DNA from: Octopus bimaculoides
Taxonomy: Eukaryota
Reading direction: 5' to 3'
DNA: 64,000 bases
Assembly (NCBI RefSeq): GCF_001194135.2
Contig: NC_068983.1
Location: 15,453,323 to 15,517,322 of the forward strand
Shown in pieces: positions 24,936-37,668 of this stretch. A program made the translations under genes and the position numbers. The notes beneath the pieces were generated by a model. That model saw nothing but the letters and a program-made list of their open reading frames with translations. It had not been told where the DNA came from and searched no databases. Position 1 is the first letter of the stretch. The number at the start of each line of letters is the position of its first letter.

Positions 24936-27900
24936 TACATATATACTACGGGCTTCTTTCAGTTTCCGTCTACCAAATCTACTCACAAGGCATTGGTCGG
25001 CTCGCGGCTATAGTAGAAGACATTTGCCCAAGGTGCCACGCACTGGGAATGAACCCGAACCATGTGGTTGGTAAGCAAGCTACTTACCACACAGCCTTTT
25101 TTTTAAGGCTATACGTTTATTTTAATGTATATACAAAATAGTTTTATTTCTTGTATTCTTTCGTTTAAGCAATCGTTATATTTCATTGTGCAAATCGCTC
25201 TAAGCACACATTTTCTTTCTTGGTTCCGAAATAGACATATTCAGTTTGTGACGAGCAAAGAAACGATATACATCGGTGAAAGGGAGATAACAAAAACCTT
25301 TTTTTTAATCTCATAGCATCGCCGATGTACACGTTTCTTAATGTGTTGACAAATTGACCCCAAGAAACAAACCTGGAGCAAATGAAGATCCCTTAGATAT
25401 GTATTACTTCTGAACAGAGGAGATGCTTTTTATTATAAGTCTGCTTTGTCAGACATATAAGATATATGGGGTAATTTCTTATTTTTCGTTCGTAAAATCG
25501 AATTCGTTTCAATTTCATTTCAACTCGATTAGCATGTCTCGTCAAGCCCTGCTGCTCCTCGTTTTATTGTGAATCCCAACAAAATACTTACAGCTCAGCA
25601 GATAATTAATGATAACATAAAATTACGACGCTGGCTCGATCTTTATCAGATTCAGCGACTTGTATTGCTTGGTGTGCCGCCGTGGATTGTTGAAAAATTC
25701 TCACATGTGTCCAGGGCGAAACTCTATTCAAAATAAATCTAACATTTTCCTCACTTTTCATTTCGCTGTTTGGAGTGTGTACCGCTTAGAATTATGAAAT
25801 GTTTTATTGAAATAAACTTACTAGATGACTATGGTTTTCTGAACTTCAACTAGGAAATTACACTACATGGTACTCGATCTGCTAGAAGTGGCGAACAAAT
25901 CTCTTTCAAACTATATTTTTGTATCTTAAAAAAAAAAAGAAAAAAAAAAGAGACATCGGAAAATTCTACATCCACATTATACGCAAATAACATGGGAATG
26001 ACTAATCAGGGCTGAACTAGGTTTGGCATAATTCTCCATAGCTAAACGTTTTCTCTTTGCTAAATACTTTATTCATGTTATTTTCTTCCCGGATGGGGAA
26101 GGTCGCAGTAGGGCTTGGTGTCGTAGTCGCCAGACACAAGGTTCTCATCAAAGTGATTCACTTTTTTTTCTCTTAATCAGTACTTTGGTNNNNNNNNNNN
26201 NNNNNNNNNNNNNNNNNNNNNNNNNNNNNNNNNNNNNNNNNNNNNNNNNNNNNNNNNNNNNNNNNNNNNNNNNNNNNNNNNNNNNNNNNNNNNNNNNNNN
26301 NNNNNNNNNNNNNNNNNNNNNNNNNNNNNNNNNNNNNNNNNNNNNNNNNNNNNNNNNNNNNNNNNNNNNNNNNNNNNNNNNNNNNNNNNNNNNNNNNNNN
26401 NNNNNNNNNNNNNNNNNNNNNNNNNNNNNNNNNNNNNNNNNNNNNNNNNNNNNNNNNNNNNNNNNNNNNNNNNNNNNNNNNNNNNNNNNNNNNNNNNNNN
26501 NNNNNNNNNNNNNNNNNNNNNNNNNNNNNNNNNNNNNNNNNNNNNNNNNNNNNNNNNNNNNNNNNNNNNNNNNNNNNNNNNNNNNNNNNNNNNNNNNNNN
26601 NNNNNNNNNNNNNNNNGAGTTGTGGGGGAAAGTAGGTTGGGAAACATTGCTCTAGACCAGGACTGGCCAACTTGAAACCCGCTTGATGCTTTCTTGAAAT
26701 GGGGGACCTCTTTATTATGTTTAATTTCAAAATAAATTAAAAATTTATAAGTAGCAATAAAGCAATAACCTACAATTCTATAATTATAAACAAACGAAAA
26801 GTATGAAAAATTCTTGATTCTGTAAATCGATTATTTGACTATTAGTGCATAAAGTGTACAAGAGGTCTTCAAAAATCTTTCTTTGATTAAAGTGGCCCGC
26901 AATGTAATTCGAGTTGGCCAGGCCTGCTCTAGATCAACCCCGATAGAAGGTTCCAGCAGCGACCATCCCGGATTTTTGTTTTTAATATCTAGTCTACGAC
27001 TACATCGTTCAGTGTGCATTCTGTGTGTGCTTTTAATGCAATTCTCAGTTAGAAACAGCATGGCTAAGTTGGATCTTTGGATTAGATTATCCCAACCACC
27101 ACCACAAAAAAGAAGAAAAAAAAATAGAAAGGTAAGAGCGAGGTGTTTCGTCTTCAGCATTGGATTGATGTTTAGTCGACCTCGAAAGAATGAAACGTAG
27201 TCAGTCATAATGGGATTTAAACTCACAGCGCAGAAATCTGGAATACCGCATGGCATTTTATTGGCACTTTAAAGACTGCCAATTTACCATCTTACTGTAT
27301 ATGAAGAACTACATTATTTAGTGTGGTGTGGTCCGAGAGAGATTTGGTTGTTGTTTTATGCAGATCAAGTGACCAATCATTGAGACTATTATTGGTTTGT
27401 TGGGAACCAAGAATTAAATGAAGTCGTAGATATTTACCAATAACATCGATTAACTATTTCTTTATTCCAGATCAGCTAAAAGTTTGAAGTACTGAGAATT
27501 CGCTTAGTTTTCAAATATGAAATATACTACTATTAGTCCTGATCAACCAAATGAAGAGCAAAATTATTCAAGCGGTGACCATCTCGTCTTTTTGAAGTTT
27601 ATACCAGACTACAGTATTCAATGCTATGATGACAAGCGATGATCAGAAATAATGTAGATATAAATATGAAAAGAAATTTCATTTCTCAAGTTGAATTGAC
27701 TTACTCAAAAAATCATAATCATTATTAGTAACCAAGAAGACTGTATTGTTACTAATATTATCAGTTGTACAAGAGATAATAAAATGTAGTGTAGAGCGGT
27801 TGATGAAATATCTAGTAGTATTCTAAGTTCCGAGTTTAAAATTCCACCATGGTCATTAAAATCGACGTTACTTTCTACTTTTTTTTTCTTGTGCATATGA

Positions 27901-29393
27901 GTGAAATCAATATTCATACCAGGAAGTGCGTAATCTAGGTAGCGAAATTACGAACGATGAACTCAATAAGGCTGTAGGCAGAAAAAAGGTTAATGATATA
28001 AATATAATGTATTTTGTCTTACTTTTTCAATTAACATAAACGAGTTTGATAAGTCCAGGCCATGCACGAACATTTGTGGCCGCCCAATCTGCAGTATTTT
28101 CTCAAAATCGTACCCTATCGTCTTAAAAATGAAAGATACATTAGACAATGTCGTTGTTGGTCTTTGAATTTATAGTTACAATAACAAATAAATTTCGAAC
28201 TGATTCTTTCCAAACTTTTTATTATTAGAATATTTACGCCAACTTTTCACGAATCAAACCGATCGGGTTTGTTTAAGTCGTAACTGACTAATCCAGTCCC
28301 TGCTAAAACCAACAGTGTAATTAGCCTTTGCATTAAACAGAAATGCCTTATAACACCTACTATGAGGCAACAATTCTGTAATATTTAGACCCTGGCGAAG
28401 ACATGAATGGAGCAAGTTTAAGCGGGAGATCTATAATTTAGCGGTTAATTACAGAGTGATCTGAAATAAAGTTGTCAATAGCTACGTAAATAACAACCAT
28501 CGGTACGAAATGGAAGAGACCACATACTGGAATCTCTGACTTGATTTATAAAACATACCATAAAATGGCAATTAATCCATTGGTAAATGTAGCATGTCGT
28601 TTCTGTGTGGTCTCAATCGTTTTTATAATACTTTCGACATTACCATTACCTAATCATAACTTATTTATAATGGATTCTCAGTTTGCAGACCACAGTAACT
28701 ATAAAAAAATGTCACTTCACCAGATAAAAACGCAATTTAACATTTCAGGCCAGAACTCTTGAATCTCGATACATTTGCCTTTGTAGATTTGAAATCATTG
28801 TGCTCATGTCGTTGACATGGCTGAGGATAACTTCTTCCAAGCGTTTCGGAATCCCCGAGAGGGTCATAGCCTTCCTTCTGACAATAAGTCATTAAATTAA
28901 AAATGAATATAAGGGACACCAGGTTTCTAAAATGTTAGTAGAGTAGCCTCCCATGAATTACTATTTCTTGAATAATTTACTGCTGGTACCTCGACAGGTA
29001 GATTGATGGTCGATGCGTGTGCATCCCTTCATGGTTGCTGGACTTAGTAAAAACGGTAATCAAATCACCCTCTTGTTTAAATATCCTTGTCGAATCTAGC
29101 TAGTTAAGAGGAAAATTATTTCGATCTATAGCTTTTCGGATTCCAGAATCTTCCTTAAGTGTTTTGAAGCTAAAGAATTGTCTTCTCCCTGCACAATATA
29201 AGCGAAGAAACTTTATTTCTAGATTTATTTCAATGATTACTGAACTGCTTACGTACGTATAGAATTCATTAATAGTGATTCTGAAAACAACAACAACAAA
29301 AATAAAAAGTAAATTTTGGTAAACTGTATATTAGAGAATATATTAGAAATCACAAATCACTTAATATGCGGGACACTTTCTCAGAAAATAAAT

Positions 29394-29409
29394 GGCCCTT
29401 AAAAGGGCC
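29394..29409 (-). terminator. Histone 3' stem-loop of H3 (GGCCCT-TTTA-AGGGCC)
   Basis: 16-nt hairpin with 6-bp stem; followed on the minus strand by ATTTA and a purine-rich GAGAAAG (candidate HDE). Confidence 0.95.
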
Positions 29410-29434
29410 GTGAACTAAATAAACCAAAAAATAA

Positions 29435-30294
<860 letters not shown>

Positions 30295-30589
30295 NNNNNN
30301 NNNNNNNNNNNNNNNNNNNNNNNNNNNNNNNNNNNNNNNNNNNNNNNNNNNNNNNNNNNNNNNNNNNNNNNNNNNNNNNNNNNNNNNNNNNNNNNNNNNN
30401 NNNNNNNNNNNNNNNNNNNNNNNNNNNNNNNNNNNNNNNNNNNNNNNNNNNNNNNNNNNNNNNNNNNNNNNNNNNNNNNNNNNNNNNNNNNNNNNNNNNN
30501 NNNNNNNNNNNNNNNNNNNNNNNNNNNNNNNNNNNNNNNNNNNNNNNNNNNNNNNNNNNNNNNNNNNNNNNNNNNNNNNNNNNNNNNNN
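30295..30589. other. Assembly gap within H4 (other gaps: 23973-24879, 26190-26616, 32860-32869, 38372-39293, 44250-44744, 55433-55859, 56365-57140, 57986-58301, 59470-59767)
   Basis: Runs of N. Confidence 1.
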
Positions 30590-30890
30590 TGAGCGAAAAC
30601 ACCTAAAGCTCCACGAGGCTCCGACAGGGGATGGTGGTGAACCCTGCTGTACTCTTTCACTTCACCACAACTTTCTCTCATTCTTTCTTCCTGTTTCTGT
30701 TGTACCTGTAATTCAAAGGGTCAGCCTTGTCACAGTGTCACGCTGAATATCTCCGAGAACTACGTTAAGGGTACACGTGACTGTGGAGTGCTCAGCCTCT
30801 TGCACGTTAATTTCACGAGCAGGCTGTTCCGTTGATCGGATCAACTGGAATCCTCGACGTTGTAAGCGACGGAGTGCCAACAACAACATA
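30590..30890 (+). mobile_element. SINE family A (5' end in the gap), just downstream of H4
   Basis: GAGCGAAAACACCTAAAGCTCCACGAGGCTCC...CGACGGAGTGCCAACAACAAC. Confidence 0.92.
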
Positions 30891-32187
30891 TGATTTGGAA
30901 TTAATATATTGTCTAGAATCTTATCACTTCCCTAAACGCATGACGCTGAGGCAAACATTTGTATACATGTTGATAAGTATTCTGGTTTATCCATTCATGT
31001 CTACAGCAAAGGTATTTCGCTAATTAGTACGGTGGAATTTTTAGTAATGAGGTAAAATATCCAAAACTAAGTTTTACGTAGATGCTCTTCGTACGGCCGG
31101 ATGTAAAAAAACATCTTTTCAGAAAATTGAATTTCACTAAAGAGAAGAATTTCCAGGTTTTGTTTCCACCCCGTGTCACCTTATGCGATCCCTTTCGTAG
31201 TGCCAGTTAAATTAATAGCTTTATTGTAACTTGGTAGATGGAGTTTTTTTCTTTTAGTGTAAAGGAAGGGTTCCTAGTACGTCCTTAGATCAAAGAGCAC
31301 TGACTTAGGCTTAACTGGGATAACTGCCTTGATGGTTAGCTCGTGACGTGGTGGATATGATACGGGACATAAGGGCTAAGGGTGCATGAATAGCATGGAT
31401 CATATTCGAAAGGTAGAGGCTAGTTATGGTACAAAAACATTCTAGCCATAACCACCTGCCTTTTTCAGGTGAAAGGAACCTAAGTTCATTAAAAAAAAAA
31501 CGAAAAAAAAACGTAGAGCTGCTATTTCTAGCAGGTCGAGAAACTACGTTGATTCAGTTAACGACTTGATGCTAATCAGTCAATGGTCCTTTCTTTATAG
31601 ATTATTTGCATATATTATGGTAGGCCTCTTTACGTCGAAAGCAACTTAACCCTGCCAAGCTTATATAAGATCCTCCGGTCGATAATTTAGACTAAAAACT
31701 TTAGGTGGTGTTCCAGCCTAAATTTATTTTTTATTCCCCATTCAATGAATATTTTCTGCTGTTATAACTAAAAAGAACCTGGTCGCAAAACAATGTTTAG
31801 ATCATTTAATACGGATTCCTATTAAAATTAGTTTGGTAGGATGAGTAGAATTTGTTGCGTAATGAGACTACAAACAGCTGTCAGAATCAGATGTTTGGCA
31901 AGCAAACGACAAGTCCTAATGAAGCAGACCTATGATCAAATGCATTCCAACTGTGACTACCTCTTTTCAATTCATATACTGTATGTATGGGAATATGGAT
32001 ATAATTAGCTGAAACAACTAAAGAATCACATTATTCAATATAACCCTCGTTTTTGTTAGACGGTGATAAGGAAAATGCGAGAAATTAACAGTACTTCATT
32101 TTTTGGAATTAGATGAAAATGGTAGAAAGGAAGGCGTGAGAAGTTGGTTAAAAATTCAAAGCTGAATATATGTAATATGCAATACAT

Positions 32188-32332
32188 GGATCTTGTTCAA
32201 AACGGGGGCACCAGCTTTCATTTATGTTTTATGTAGTGTTTTTGGTACCGAAAGACTTTCAAACTTCGTATACTTATCTATTTTGTGTTATAGAACAGAA
32301 AAATACTGGTACCCCCGTTTTGAACAAGATCC
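32188..32332. mobile_element. 145-bp MITE with 27-bp TIRs; interior matches 63845-63935
   Basis: GGATCTTGTTCAAAACGGGGG(C/T)ACCAG at both ends (26/27); no clear TSD. Confidence 0.8.
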
Positions 32333-32486
32333 CAAAGTTGTTCAGAGAATGAGTTACAATTAGATGTTATTTACAATAAGTACCAGTTGAGTACTGGGGT
32401 CGATGTAATGGATTGATATCTCACCCAAATTTGCTGGTTTTGTGCCTAAAAATGAAACCAATTTACACGTAGAAAAAATTATTTAA

Positions 32487-32776
32487 CCCATTACCTACCA
32501 GTGATCTCATATGAGATCACTTAAAAATTACAAATTTCGTAATTATCTGTCAATATTTACACATATCTAACCTTTTTGCTATATATACTAGGTATATTTC
32601 TCTGATATTCAAATGACGTTTGCTAATTTTTCACCCAATATCTCGCTTATTTCTATCTAAAATGTTATTTTGAAATGTTATTTTGATCATTTCAGCGTGT
32701 TTCTAGGGCTGTTTTATGCTAGAAATCAAAGTTTCATAAAAAAATTCCAGTTAATAGAATTATGGGGGGTAATGGG
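32487..32776. mobile_element. piggyBac-type MITE, 290 bp
   Basis: TTAA|CCCATTACCTACC ... GGGGGGTAATGGG|TCAA (decayed TTAA TSD); internal perfect 22-bp palindrome 32500-32521. Confidence 0.7.
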
Positions 32777-33359
32777 TCAAGGGAGCACCAAATAGTAAAA
32801 TAGAAAATAATATGCAGTGAGGGAAACAGTATTGGTAAATTTTTATTTGTTATTTGCCTNNNNNNNNNNAAAAAAAAAAAAAAAAAAAAAAATGTCTAAG
32901 ATTTTTCTTTAAAGAATTTTGAGACAAAGATTGAAATGTGAAATGACGAAAGAGAAGCGTCCAAACTTCATAAGTTCAGTTCAGTAAGCGCAGAATAAAG
33001 TAATTCATTCTTTACTTTACATTCACGCCCGCTTTCTGCACCGACTTGTCATTGATAGTTGTATTTATTATACGGGCTAGAAATAGCAGCCAGGTTACAT
33101 AATACTGCTTTTAGAAAAGGAACGGACGCATTAATGTAGTCCTAAAATCCCTAAGAAGACAGGATAGTCACGTCCGTACCCTTTCGAGACGTTTGCAGGA
33201 TATAGGCTGACTTGGGGTTAAGCAACATTGTATTCGTTATATCAATTATTGGCGCCGTTTTTGAAGGTTTAAAAAAAAAATTCTTCTTGAGCTATCGTTC
33301 AGTTTGGCACTGATAATTCTTTGTATTTTAAGCACAAAGTTTGAAATTTTGGGGGATTG

Positions 33360-33510
33360 GGTATGTCGATGATATCGATCCCAGGAACAAATGGTACTTT
33401 ATTTCATCGATCATCAAAAGTTTAAATTGATCTCAGCAGAACGTGAAATCAGAACGTAAAGATGGACGAAATGCCGCTAAACATTTCTCCCAGGCTCGCC
33501 GCCTTCGAGA
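33360..33510 (-). mobile_element. SINE family D, decayed
   Basis: Reverse complement of the family at 42237-42447. Confidence 0.6.
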
Positions 33511-33738
33511 AACGGTACTAATAAAATAACGCACTTCTAACAGATATTAATGCAACCCTATCAATATCTTTTTCTTCGTAATGGATAGGATTGTGTTAAA
33601 TTACGCTCCTCCTCCCAAAAAGTGAAATAATACAAGCGACATTTCAAGGGTCGTTCAACTTGCTAGAAACAGCAGCCAAATTCTCCCTAAAAGAGATGAC
33701 ACATCGTCTTATTTGACTTATTGGATGATGTAGTCTAG

Positions 33739-33990
33739 CAAAAGGATTCTCAAAGTGGGTTCTGTGAAAAAATTCCGGGGTTTCGAGTGATAAAATTGAA
33801 TAAAGATTTATTTTATAAAAGCAATGCTTTCCACCATTTTCAATTTAAAGTCCTATATATGTATATATATTCTTTCAAAAATAATTTTTATTTCAGATAA
33901 GGTCTTGAAATTAGGATGACGGTGGGTTTTGTGACTTTTTGAAAATCATATAACGGGTTCCGAGTAAAATTAGTTGGTGAACCACAAGTC
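33739..33990. mobile_element. Old hAT-type MITE (MER5-like ends)
   Basis: Degenerate TIRs CAAAAGGATTCTCAAAGT / AGTTGGTGAACCACAAG; TSD not resolved. Confidence 0.4.
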
Positions 33991-34951
33991 TTAGTATATA
34001 CCATAATCGAAAATAAAGACAGAATAGTCAAAACTGGAAAATATGATCATATACCAGTGAAGTCGGATAGATTTAATATTTCCCTAAGGCTCCAAAAATG
34101 TAAATAGAATTGCAATAAAAGACAAAAAAAAGTGTGTGTGTGTGTGTGTGTGTGGGGGGCTAAAACAGCCACACCACTAACAATTTAGCTAATCTATTTA
34201 CAATCCCAGTTACAGACCAAAATGTGTTTTATCACCGTAGATAGCAAATTCAATGATAAGGAAAATGCTATTTTGCTCACCCTACTCCCTGATCATTGCA
34301 ATTCACATTACTGTGTTTCTGATGTTGAAAACCTGAAAAATAACTCGCGTTATTATTATTACAATCTTACTTTCTAAGCAAATTTCATAAAGTGTCCAAA
34401 CCACTTTACGTGTGAATGTGTGAAGAAATATGTCGTCATTCATCCTACTCAATTCTGCACGTATCATTTATTATTATTATTATTATTATCCATTTATAGA
34501 TGTTAATCATATGCAATGCAAACTTCACACTCCCACCCTGCAATTTGCGTATATTAATAAAAAAAAAAAAGAAAAAGTAGCTGAACCACTTGTACCATAG
34601 ATTAACTTTATCTGTGAAATATATCTGGGACTAAGAAGTCTACTACTTGGTAAATAAAATGCTTGACCTCTGCTAGTGTTCTATTTTTCAAAGGCTTTAT
34701 TTCAATGCGTCAACTGTCGCCACCAAAAGCGATCGACTGGCAGGGAAAAACGAACCTGTCTCATGGAGAATCTGCGAACTCAAATCTGGATTTTGTATAA
34801 AAATATTCCCGTTGATTACAATGTTAATATTTATTCATTAAATGTTATTTAAAGGTTAGTTTGCATATTTATTTCTTACTTTATAATTAAAATTTCGTAA
34901 TTAATGTAAGGTATTTATCTGCATTAAAGAATGTTTAATGCGGCCTTCTTG

Positions 34952-35074
34952 GGTTAAACTAAAGCGTTTGACTCGTGCATTTTTTTCTTCATATTCGTTT
35001 AGTCAAGTTGTTTTACACCTATTATACTAATCTTCTTTGGACTTTTTGCTCGGGTCAAACGCTTTAGTTTAACC
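34952..35074. mobile_element. 123-bp MITE with 28-bp TIRs and 8-9 bp TSD (Merlin- or Mutator-like)
   Basis: GGTTAAACTAAAGCGTTTGACTCGTGCA vs inverted copy, 26/28 match; flanks GCCTTCTTG / GCCTTCTTT. Confidence 0.8.
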
Positions 35075-35891
35075 GCCTTCTTTACGCCTGTATGAAACTC
35101 ATCTAAATTTGGTAGGATCAAATAGCGACGTTGCTTCGAAGGCTTAGGCGTCACAAACCTATTATCTCTGCATTAACTTGACGCCTCAGACTCGTGGGTA
35201 ACAATTTCTACAAAAGAGAAGGGCGACATCTCCAAAATGAGATATTTTGCGTATCCTCACTGTTTAAAACAAAACAGCTTGTATCTATATTCTTTCTTCA
35301 CCACGGTTGATTTTATAAAAATATTAGAAATTTCTGTCTCATTTTTAATCTTCATCTTAAAAATTGTTTCAAGGATTATGGCCGGAGTAAACATGCCCTC
35401 GAATACCTTTGCGGTGTTTATTTTTTCAGTGTACTCCAAGATGAGCATTTTACATATCTAAAACATTTTCGGACCAGACATTGTACATTTAAGGATACTA
35501 TTTATGACAGATCGAAAATCAATTCCTATATGGAAAACTCGGTGTTTAGGACTTCTCTGGCAATATATTTGGGCTCCTTTAGTGTAGTTACAATCTGCTG
35601 CCACGGTTTTCATCTGAGGATAAATTCCCAGGAAAAGATGGGTATTACTTTCTGAGCGGGCAAAATAGATTTAAAATTACAGCATAGTTGCTACGTTTAT
35701 ATATTTGTAATGCCGTTACAAAGCGACTTAAGACGACACCTGAATGGTAAATTAACCTATTCAATTGGACTAGCACCAACCGGTTGGGTTGAAAATGTCC
35801 AGTACGATAAGCTGCAAGCGGTTTACTTCGGATATCTTTAGAATCGTTTTCTTAAGTAATCAGTAGAGAATGACGATACGTAAGGGTTAAT

Positions 35892-35907
35892 GGCCCTAAA
35901 AAGGACC
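35892..35907 (-). terminator. Histone 3' stem-loop of H2A (GGTCCT-TTTT-AGGGCC)
   Basis: 6-bp stem with one G-U pair, 30 nt after the stop. Confidence 0.93.
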
Positions 35908-35937
35908 TTTAATAATAGTACTAAGAAACCAAAATGT

Positions 35938-36315
35938 TTACTTAGCGGGTCTCTGGGTCTTCTTGGGAAGAAGAACTGCTTGGATGTTGGGAAGGACGCC
36001 ACCCTGCGAGATAGTAACACCTGATAAAAGTTTGTTCAGTTCCTCGTCGTTGCGGATGGCTAACTGCAAGTGACGCGGAATGATTCTAGTCTTCTTGTTG
36101 TCTCTGGCAGCATTTCCAGCCAACTCCAAAACTTCAGCAGCTAAGTATTCCATTACAGCTGCTAGGTAGACAGGAGCTCCGGCGCCAATTCGCTCGGCAT
36201 AGTTTCCTTTACGGAGGAGACGGTGGATACGGCCGACAGGGAACTGAAGTCCAGCACGGGATGAACGAGTCTTGCTCTTTCCTCTCACTTTGCCTCCTTT
36301 TCCACGTGCAGACAT
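35938..36315 (-). CDS. H2A: Histone H2A, replication-dependent type with divergent residues (N-terminus SARGK; TISQGG)
   Basis: Intact 125-aa ORF with [56 protein letters not shown]; no SQ(E/D)Y tail of H2A.X; not H2A.Z; 3' stem-loop present. Confidence 0.99.
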   Translation of the reverse strand: MSARGKGGKVRGKSKTRSSRAGLQFPVGRIHRLLRKGNYAERIGAGAPVYLAAVMEYLAAEVLELAGNAARDNKKTRIIPRHLQLAIRNDEELNKLLSGVTISQGGVLPNIQAVLLPKKTQRPAK

Positions 36316-36584
36316 AGTTATATAGAATGTAGATCACTTAAATAAGTGTACAGTGAGCTTAAATGGGAAATCTACCTTTATATAGACTTCTGTAGGCTCC
36401 AGCAGTTAGTAAAAATCATTTTTTCTCACCATTGTCATGTGATTATTGCATATGTCAATTTTCACCAATGAAATTAAAACGCGCCAAACTATTTGGTGTT
36501 ACTTGTCTGGTGAGCCTACTTGTCAGCTATAAATAGAGTAAACTTGTCAGTGTTGTCACTTCGCATCGAATCTCGCATTCAGTC
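36316..36584. promoter_or_regulatory. Bidirectional H2A/H2B promoter
   Basis: TATATAAA on minus 36377-36384; TATAAATA on plus 36528-36535; CCAAT 36465-36469; TCATGTGA 36435-36442. Confidence 0.85.
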
Positions 36585-36956
36585 ATGCCACCTACACCAA
36601 CACCCGTCAAAGGAGCCAAAAAGGCGTCCAAATCTAAAGTCCCACGTACTGGAGACAAGAAGAAGAAGAGGAAGAGGAAGGAAAGTTATTCTATCTACAT
36701 CTACAAAGTCATGAAACAAGTTCATCCTGATACTGGCATCTCGAGCAAAGCTATGTCTATCATGAACAGTTTCGTTAACGATCTGTTCGAAAGAATCGCT
36801 AATGAGGCCAGCCGTTTAGCTCACTACAACAAACGTTCAACCATCAGCAGTCGTGAGGTCCAGACCGCTGTCCGTCTTCTCCTCCCTGGTGAGTTGGCCA
36901 AACACGCTGTCTCTGAAGGTACAAAAGCTGTCACAAAATACACCAGCACCAAGTAA
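36585..36956 (+). CDS. H2B: Histone H2B, replication-dependent type
   Basis: Intact 123-aa ORF with [35 protein letters not shown]...[22 protein letters not shown]; divergent from H2A across 269 bp; 3' stem-loop present. Confidence 0.99.
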   Translation: MPPTPTPVKGAKKASKSKVPRTGDKKKKRKRKESYSIYIYKVMKQVHPDTGISSKAMSIMNSFVNDLFERIANEASRLAHYNKRSTISSREVQTAVRLLLPGELAKHAVSEGTKAVTKYTSTK

Positions 36957-36982
36957 ATCTTTCTCGTATTTGAAAACTCAAT

Positions 36983-36998
36983 GGCCCTTTTAAGGGCC
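36983..36998 (+). terminator. Histone 3' stem-loop of H2B (GGCCCT-TTTA-AGGGCC)
   Basis: Identical to the H3 hairpin, 26 nt after the stop. Confidence 0.95.
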
Positions 36999-37312
36999 CT
37001 TCATATCCTAACCATTGTTCATCTCAACCTATTGTCGAGTTAAGCTATCATTGTCGCTATTGCTTTCATAGTTACAAGCAAATACATAGACCGAAATAAA
37101 CTTCATACGACGGGATTTGATCATTATTGGGCATATCCATACCTGGGTGGACAACTTTATTATCAAATTTATTTCATCAAATCTAGCTCGTCGCTAGCTG
37201 ACATACCAACACTGGATTCGCGTTAGTTATTGTCATTCAGCCCCAGGTTAAGTTCGTGCTTTGGCATTATTTCCAGGCTTTATCCAACGTATCCCGGATT
37301 ACGTTATTTCTC

Positions 37313-37668
37313 TTATTTCCCATTTCAAAATTTATTTCAGACGTTAAACTAGGAGACACTCCGAAACATTTGTCCTTTATTAAAAACCCATCAGTAAGTG
37401 TAGAAATTTCAATCCCAATCAAAAGAAAGCACAGTATTGTTCTGGTACCAGATGGATAAGTCGTGGATTTTGGAACGCCTTTAAAAGATTGGATGACTAC
37501 GTGAGACTACCTACAAAGGCATTTCCCCGCAAGTTCTATTTTCCATTTCAAACTTTATTTCAGACGTTGAACTAGGGGATACTCCGAATCGTTTATCCTT
37601 TATTAAAAACCCACCAGAAAGTGTAGAAATTTCAACCCTAATCAAACGAATAGTTTACTGGTACCAGA
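37313..37668 (+). repeat. Local direct duplication of ~135 bp, period ~225 bp
   Basis: TATTT(C/T)CCATTTCAAA.TTTATTTCAGACGTT.AACTAGG.GA.ACTCCGAA...CTGGTACCAGAT at 37313-37452 and 37538-37668. Confidence 0.85.

Noticed and set aside
29212-29229. Minus-strand AATAAA signals downstream of H3
   Set aside because: Expected by chance at this AT content; cannot be supported without 3'-end data
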